DNA from: a virus
Taxonomy: Duplodnaviria; Caudoviricetes
Length of the DNA: 64,000 bases
Direction: 5' to 3' (one strand)
IMG/VR virus record: IMGVR_UViG_2833436851_000001
Location: 1 to 64,000 of that record
A model generated the notes under the pieces. That model did no database searches. It worked only from the letters and a program-made list of their open reading frames with translations, and was not told the origin of the DNA. The position numbers and the translations under genes are program-made. Shown here piece after piece: positions 58,748-64,000 of the stretch (position 1 is the first letter of the stretch; the number at the start of each line of letters is the position of its first letter).

Positions 58748-59184
58748 GCAAGGAACTGACCGAGAAGATTTCAAGAGCAACGGGGCGCTATCCCGTGAGC
58801 TGCGACTGTCCCCGTTGTCGGAGACAATGCCTGACGCCCTGCCTGGGTACACCGGAGGACATCTGGCGACTGATAGAGGCCGGATATGAAGAACGGCTGC
58901 GAATTACATTTTGGGCTGTCGGTATGCTGGTCGGAGCCATACCGTTCCCGATACTGATGGTGCAGGCCCTCCAGACGGAGCACGGCTGCATATTCTGGAA
59001 AAACGGGCTCTGTGAACTGCATGAGCTAAAACTCAAACCGACGGAAGGACGCCTGTCGTATCATATCCTCACGGAAGAGAGTATCTGTTTTAGTAAATCA
59101 CTGAGCTGGAACGTGGCAAAAGAGTGGATCAACGTGGAAAACATCCCGCTCATTACCCGAATCCTGCAACGCATGGTAAAATGA
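58744..59184 (+). CDS. Cys-rich (Zn/Fe-chelating, YkgJ-like) protein
   Basis: CDCPRCRRQC...PC, GCIFWKNGLCELHELKLKP. Confidence 0.6.
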   Translation: MSKELTEKISRATGRYPVSCDCPRCRRQCLTPCLGTPEDIWRLIEAGYEERLRITFWAVGMLVGAIPFPILMVQALQTEHGCIFWKNGLCELHELKLKPTEGRLSYHILTEESICFSKSLSWNVAKEWINVENIPLITRILQRMVK

Positions 59185-59191
59185 AAACCGT

Positions 59192-59557
59192 ATGAAACAC
59201 AAAGGGAAAAGCAGCAGTTCATTCCGGCATCCGAAGCAGGTGCTGCTGTTCGGCCACACGCGCATACTGGTCGCCGTCTTCAAGTCGATGCAATCGTGCG
59301 CCGAAATCACCGGAACATCTGTCAAGACGGTCAGCCGGGCCTGCAAAGGCGAATATGCGCAGGCGGCGGGATTCTATTTCCGCAGGCTGCATCCAGACGT
59401 GGAGATTGAAATGGCAGACCTCGACACGCTCCCTCTGGAAGAGTATGACCGGCTCTGCGGCGAGGTGCGCCGCTACCTGCCCAAAGAGACGGTAAAGGCT
59501 TTCAGGGAGAAGTTCGAGCAAACCTACGGGCATAAAAAAAGCCCCGATGGGGGCTGA
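59192..59557 (+). CDS. NUMOD1-like HTH DNA-binding protein
   Basis: FKSMQSCAEITGTSVKTVSRACKG...AGFYFR. Confidence 0.6.
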   Translation: MKHKGKSSSSFRHPKQVLLFGHTRILVAVFKSMQSCAEITGTSVKTVSRACKGEYAQAAGFYFRRLHPDVEIEMADLDTLPLEEYDRLCGEVRRYLPKETVKAFREKFEQTYGHKKSPDGG

Positions 59558-59585
59558 CCGACAACTATTTCTAACTCTATAAAAC

Positions 59586-59770
59586 AGAAAAGTAAGATGC
59601 AGTAATATTATATATACTATACTACTATCTTACTTTTCTCTTTTTATCTACTAAAAGAAAAACAGAGCGAACCCCTTTAGGGGTGAGCATTAAAGGGTAT
59701 AAATAAACACTGGAGCGTAGCGGAAGTGCTTTATTTATACCCTCCATCTTGCTTCTTCTTTAGAAGAAGA
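59586..59770. repeat. Cluster of inverted repeats in an AT-rich intergenic region
   Basis: 13-bp IR 59586-59598/59627-59639; ACCCC-TTTA-GGGGT; 14-bp IR 59694-59707/59730-59743; TTCTTCT-TT-AGAAGAA. Confidence 0.75.
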
Positions 59771-59853
59771 TAGAGAATACCGATACAGAAATTTCAAAGC
59801 GGGATTTACTTTTCCAGCAACAAGGTGACGGATAGCGGATGATTGTAAAACGG

Positions 59854-60948
59854 CTATCCCTTTAACGGATAACGGGACAGTTGTTCCTTCCGTTTATCCT
59901 GTAACTGTAAGGCAAGTTTTTTTATGCTCTCTTCATCGGTGGAATAATTACCGGCATTGGCTCGCTTTATATCCCTCCGTCGTCCTTTATCCGTCGTCTT
60001 GCAGACCTTCCAGAACTCTTTCAGGTAGTAATATACGGTCTCTTCAGAACGGGAAACAGCACCGACACCCAGCTCGCTGAAAAGATACCTCCGGAGTTCC
60101 TCCAGCGGTTCCCGATACCGGGAATAGTTTCCGTTATTGAAATACTTCGCACCTTTGGCCTTGCCTTGCTCGATAGTCCTGCATACCTCCCAGAACTCGT
60201 CCAGGTAGTAGTAGCCTTTCCCTGCCGGAGCCAGATAATTGACCGGCTCGATGCGCTTGTAAAACCCGTTCCAAAGGACACCGGCCTTTTCCAGTTCTTT
60301 CGCCAGTTCCTCACGCTGTCCTACATTGATTGGCTCCAGCTGGTAATCTTCTACCGGTCCGACAACCTCCCGCAGCGAATACCGCACTGTACCGTCCTCC
60401 GGTTTCATGCAGTACATGACAATCCGTCCCTCGGCATCGATTTCCCGAAACACGCCGTAGCCGATTTTCCGCCCCAATACGCTGATCTGGTACTGGACAT
60501 TCTCTTTAGGCACTTCACGTGGCTTGATTCGGTTACGCCATCGGTTCCAGACCAGACCTTCCCTGTAAAGAGACCGTTGGAGGTGGAGAACCGTCTCCTT
60601 GTCGGCGATTTCCAACGAGGTGTAGTCGAAGCATCCGGAAGAGGCGTTCAGTTCATCACCTCTGATGGAGACGTACAGGCACACGGATTGGTTTACACCC
60701 ACCGTTTCGACAATTCCCGAAATCCCTTGCCCTACAAGGTTCACGACATCACCGCGCCTGGGCGTATCCGTCTCGAACCATTGCCGGAACTCTTCGTATG
60801 TTACGGGCAACCGTTTGTCGGGTGTTGCGTCGATAGAGACGACAAAGCGTCGCTGGGCACAGAACTGCGCTATGGCCAGTTCATGCGTCTCATTCTTCGG
60901 TCTGTAACATCGGAAGAAATCATGGATTGCCGACTTGCTTTTACTCAT
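59854..60948 (-). CDS. Hypothetical protein with duplicated C-terminal YYYLxEFW...GNYS module
   Basis: Start MSKSKSAI; TATCTTTG -7 box on the minus strand at 60991-60998. Confidence 0.7.
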   Translation of the reverse strand: MSKSKSAIHDFFRCYRPKNETHELAIAQFCAQRRFVVSIDATPDKRLPVTYEEFRQWFETDTPRRGDVVNLVGQGISGIVETVGVNQSVCLYVSIRGDELNASSGCFDYTSLEIADKETVLHLQRSLYREGLVWNRWRNRIKPREVPKENVQYQISVLGRKIGYGVFREIDAEGRIVMYCMKPEDGTVRYSLREVVGPVEDYQLEPINVGQREELAKELEKAGVLWNGFYKRIEPVNYLAPAGKGYYYLDEFWEVCRTIEQGKAKGAKYFNNGNYSRYREPLEELRRYLFSELGVGAVSRSEETVYYYLKEFWKVCKTTDKGRRRDIKRANAGNYSTDEESIKKLALQLQDKRKEQLSRYPLKG

Positions 60949-61777
60949 CCGGTATTTGCATCTATAAATTATATACAGGTTTACTTTAGGCAAAGATAGA
61001 GATTGTCCGGGAAATGCGGGCTTAATTTATCAATTTTCTTTTTAGGGGAACCTAATAAAAGTTTCGACAAAAAATTCGATAATTCATTAGCGCATAAATT
61101 CCTATACAAGACTATATATGCGACCGCCTGCTTTGACATCCAAGCTCGGTATGTTTCAGCCGGTGACATTCTCCGCATAACCGTGTCTGCCATAACATGA
61201 AATGACAATCGTCAAAAGGATCCGCCAATGCAAAGCCGGCGGGTAAATGGATTCTTGCAAAGTCTGTCAATGACCTGACGGATTCTCCTGCTGCAAATCC
61301 TGTTCTATTTTGAACAAATAATCCCCCGAAACCGTGCCAAACTTTGAACAAAAAAGTCAGAGCCAAAAATGGGACTTGAAAATCAGGCCGTAGGGCGCGT
61401 ATCGAATCCGCACCAGGGGTAGTACCCACCCCGTTATTTTTAAAAATTATTAGTACATTGTTATTCAATTATTTACAACCTTCACTTTGTAGAAAAGTGA
61501 AACTAAAAGCCTATAAATAGACCTTTGTTTCTTTCGGATTGAAAGCAAAAAAAAATTCTCCCTTGTTTTTAGTCTGTTTTTTAACTCGCAAATAATTGAC
61601 TATCAATATATATAGTTTTTCTTTCAGTCTGTTTTTGAGCGTTGAACCCTATATTTTTTTTGAAAAAATTTTTTCTTTTCTGCAATAGGTTGATTTTCAA
61701 TCAAATAGGAATAACCCTCGCGCGCGGGCGTCCACTCTCATTTTAGAGCCGTTTTGTCAGTCGGACGAAAAAAATTA

Positions 61778-61809
61778 TTTGGAGGATTGAAAAATTTGTT
61801 TTAGAGTTG
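61778..61809 (+). promoter_or_regulatory. Bacteroidota-type promoter ahead of the structured region
   Basis: TTTG (61778-81), 20-nt spacer, TAGAGTTG (one mismatch to TAnnTTTG). Confidence 0.55.
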
Positions 61810-61814
61810 AATTG

Positions 61815-62615
61815 AACCCGAAAGGGAAACAGCCCCGACAAACAGACGGGGAAAACAGAAACAAAAAATATACAGACTTTCAAAAGCGACACAACCGCAA
61901 CAAGTCTGTAAATAGTAAAAACAAAAAAAGTCAGTAAGTAAGAAACAGACAGCAAAAACCGCAACAGCGAGAAAACAAAAGCCTTTTTTGTGGGAAACCT
62001 ATTTTTGAGGCTTGGAAAATCAAAAATTCGTCCGTGCGTTTTGGAACGCTTAAATAGGGTGTCAAACAACCACACCGAGCGGAACGGCAAACCAATGCCG
62101 CAAGTCGGAACGGTCGAAATACGTGTATTTTGTCCGCATACGCAAAGCCCGTGATTTTGGGAGGGCGAGAGTCGTATGGAAAAGGGAGGCGATAAAATAA
62201 TGCCATAAGTCTGCCCTTGCGCAGCCGGAGATAAAAATCGCTATGCGGTAAAAACAATCCGCACGGAGCTTGAGAAAAGAGCATTGCCAATGTCATGCCC
62301 ACAATCACCAGCCGCCAACCGCCCTAATGTTAGCTGCCCCGTTGGAAAAGACGGGGGACGTGCCAAAGAAGCACCCGTCGAAATTGGAGTATGTCGGGCT
62401 TGCCATGACAGCGGATAATCGTCTTTGCGTGTGAACGATGCAAATATAGGGCTTTTTTCCGAAATAGCGAGTATAGGGCACGTTTTAGTGAGGTGCAAAT
62501 TGAGATGAAATCTGCACGCTATCGGGTGAAAGGTAGCGTGCGATTTTTGGGCACGCACAGGTCGTGCCGTTTTGCCATCCGCAGAACGTGCGGTTCGATT
62601 CCGCAGTGCCCTCAA
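61815..62615 (+). ncRNA. Candidate large structured non-coding RNA (about 800 nt) ending in a tRNA-like domain
   Basis: About 15 hairpins separated by A-rich linkers, one long-range helix, terminal acceptor stem plus T-arm; no convincing ORF. Confidence 0.6.
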
Positions 62616-62654
62616 TATGCACTATCGCATAGAAACCAACTAAATTTTATCATT

Positions 62655-63263
62655 ATGGCAATCAGTAAGTTAAATGCAGAACAGTTTGCAAACATGGCAG
62701 TTAATGCCGCAGGTGTGGTTTTCGAGTATGCCGGCAAAGACGGCAAAAACACGGCTATGCACTTTTTCGGTGCCGATTACGAAGCGACCGTGAAAACGCA
62801 GGACGAAATGTTCCGTGTACTGCGCAACGTGGTAACGACATTCTGGGAAGTGAAGACCAAAGAATCGCTGCTCCGTGAATCGAATGACGGTATCCGCTCG
62901 AAACTCCGTGCAGGAACTCCGCACCGGCTCATCATTCGCACCTCCGCAGGCATTACGGTCAAAGTCTTCGACCTCGATGCAAGCGTATGGGCGCGAATCG
63001 GGTTAATGCCGACCAAAAAGGACTTGGAACGCTCCGCCCGCGACCGCAAGAAGTACATCCACAATGCCACCAAAGCACTCATGGAGGCACTGAATTTCCG
63101 TGTGGAACTGCCCAAGGACATCGCCCAGACCGAAGAGGTGCAGACCGAACAGGTTGTCGCCGAAAGTGCGACGCCCGTAGCCGAAACGGTGGCGGAACAG
63201 CCTGCCCGCAGGCGTGGCAGAAAGCCGAGAAACGGAGCGGAACCCGTAGCTGTTGCAGCGTAA
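62655..63263 (+). CDS. Hypothetical protein (202 aa, acidic/basic disordered tail)
   Basis: Start MAISKLNAEQ after an AT-rich initiation region; followed by a terminator. Confidence 0.75.
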   Translation: MAISKLNAEQFANMAVNAAGVVFEYAGKDGKNTAMHFFGADYEATVKTQDEMFRVLRNVVTTFWEVKTKESLLRESNDGIRSKLRAGTPHRLIIRTSAGITVKVFDLDASVWARIGLMPTKKDLERSARDRKKYIHNATKALMEALNFRVELPKDIAQTEEVQTEQVVAESATPVAETVAEQPARRRGRKPRNGAEPVAVAA

Positions 63264-63294
63264 CGGCATAACGAACCCTATACAATCGAAGCAA

Positions 63295-63327
63295 GACAGC
63301 GTGCAGAAAATGTGCGCTGTCCTTTTT
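63295..63327 (+). terminator. Intrinsic terminator
   Basis: GACAGCGTGCA-GAAAA-TGTGCGCTGTC then CTTTTT. Confidence 0.7.
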
Positions 63328-63337
63328 GTTTCATACC

Positions 63338-63580
63338 ATGTATAAACTCATTGCTTTCAACGAAGTGGCGGAAAATTTTTCTGCCCACTTTGCGCTCGGT
63401 ATCTCCCCGTACTTCGACCGCTGCAAAAGCCATGAAACGGGGATGCTGCACTTCATCACGCACAAATTTGTGCGGTACTTATGCCAGAATTGCGGATATG
63501 AACGCACCGAATCGTTAGAGAATTTCGTGTGCCGGAGATACAGCCCGCAGGCTTGGAAATTCCTCAAAAAACTAATGTAA
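63338..63580 (+). CDS. Hypothetical protein
   Basis: 80 aa from MYKLIAF. Confidence 0.6.
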   Translation: MYKLIAFNEVAENFSAHFALGISPYFDRCKSHETGMLHFITHKFVRYLCQNCGYERTESLENFVCRRYSPQAWKFLKKLM

Positions 63581-63593
63581 CAAACCTGAGTGT

Positions 63594-63968
63594 ATGATTG
63601 AAATATTCAGCGAAGACCGCACTCGTAATTACGGGCGTTATGCCCATTTCAAGGCGGCCAAAGACACGCTCGACAGGCTGCGGGTAAAAGGCGAAATTGC
63701 CGGCGAACCGCCTGCCGTACTGGTCATGTGCTACAAAGGCACGGAGTTGCAACGCATCTATACGGCAACGTTCAACGGCCGTTGGCGTGTGCCTAAAGAA
63801 GCGAAAACACCCGATGCTGGAGAAAAATTGCGGGCAAAAGGAGTACCGCAAAAACAATCTAAAAAGCCTCGGCGCATCCGTGCGAAAGAAGCGCAAAGGC
63901 GTGCTGACAAGTGTTTCCATGCCGGTCAGCCCGATTGGCTCGTAAAGCCGCTGCCGATATTCATGTGA
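63594..63968 (+). CDS. Hypothetical basic protein
   Basis: 124-aa ORF in the same orientation. Confidence 0.6.
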   Translation: MIEIFSEDRTRNYGRYAHFKAAKDTLDRLRVKGEIAGEPPAVLVMCYKGTELQRIYTATFNGRWRVPKEAKTPDAGEKLRAKGVPQKQSKKPRRIRAKEAQRRADKCFHAGQPDWLVKPLPIFM

Positions 63969-64000
63969 GTTCGGCAATCCAATCATGCACTAAAATCAAA

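Noticed and set aside
61740-61810. Two TTTTAGAG stretches resembling the start of a type II CRISPR repeat
   Set aside because: Similarity is only about 8 nt, there is no regular array and no cas genes
62475-62615. Bona fide tRNA or tmRNA gene
   Set aside because: No D or anticodon arm of tRNA geometry, no G3-U70 alanine identity pair, no tag ORF or CCA; kept only as a tRNA-like domain
61112-62615. Minus-strand ORFs of 115-125 aa in the non-coding block
   Set aside because: Low-complexity Phe/Leu-rich translations of A-rich sequence with weak starts; unlikely to be real proteins

Overview
The whole window is one contiguous segment of a large, GC-rich Bacteroidota myovirus-like (pro)phage. 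The host is possibly Alistipes-like, which is inferred only from base composition and TAnnTTTG promoters. Almost all core genes lie on the minus strand. Reading the minus strand from about 56 kb down, the order is portal, Clp protease/scaffold, capsid, sheath, tube, chaperone, tape measure, baseplate and fibres, then a full replication module (gp32-like SSB, SbcCD, RuvC-like, ECF-like sigma, DnaB, DnaG, split DnaE, DEDDh exonuclease), small terminase and lysis genes. No integrase or large terminase is visible. Four AT-rich cassettes are inserted on the plus strand, each back-to-back with a copy of a recurrent phage promoter motif (AACC/CACC-N17-19-CTATTCTT): ApeA-like HEPN, fused SIR2-APAZ-Argonaute (SPARSA), an orphan HEXXH metalloprotease, and an RloA/RloB (AbiL-like) pair. 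The main novelty candidates are (1) a dnaE broken next to its catalytic DxD motif by a NUMOD4-HNH gene, with both halves carrying intein(Hint)-like tails that lack splicing residues; (2) an approximately 800-nt, promoter-preceded, hairpin-dense non-coding region (61815-62615) ending in a tRNA-like domain; (3) the orphan HEXXH gene sitting in a defence slot. All family assignments come from motif recognition by eye; no database searches were run.
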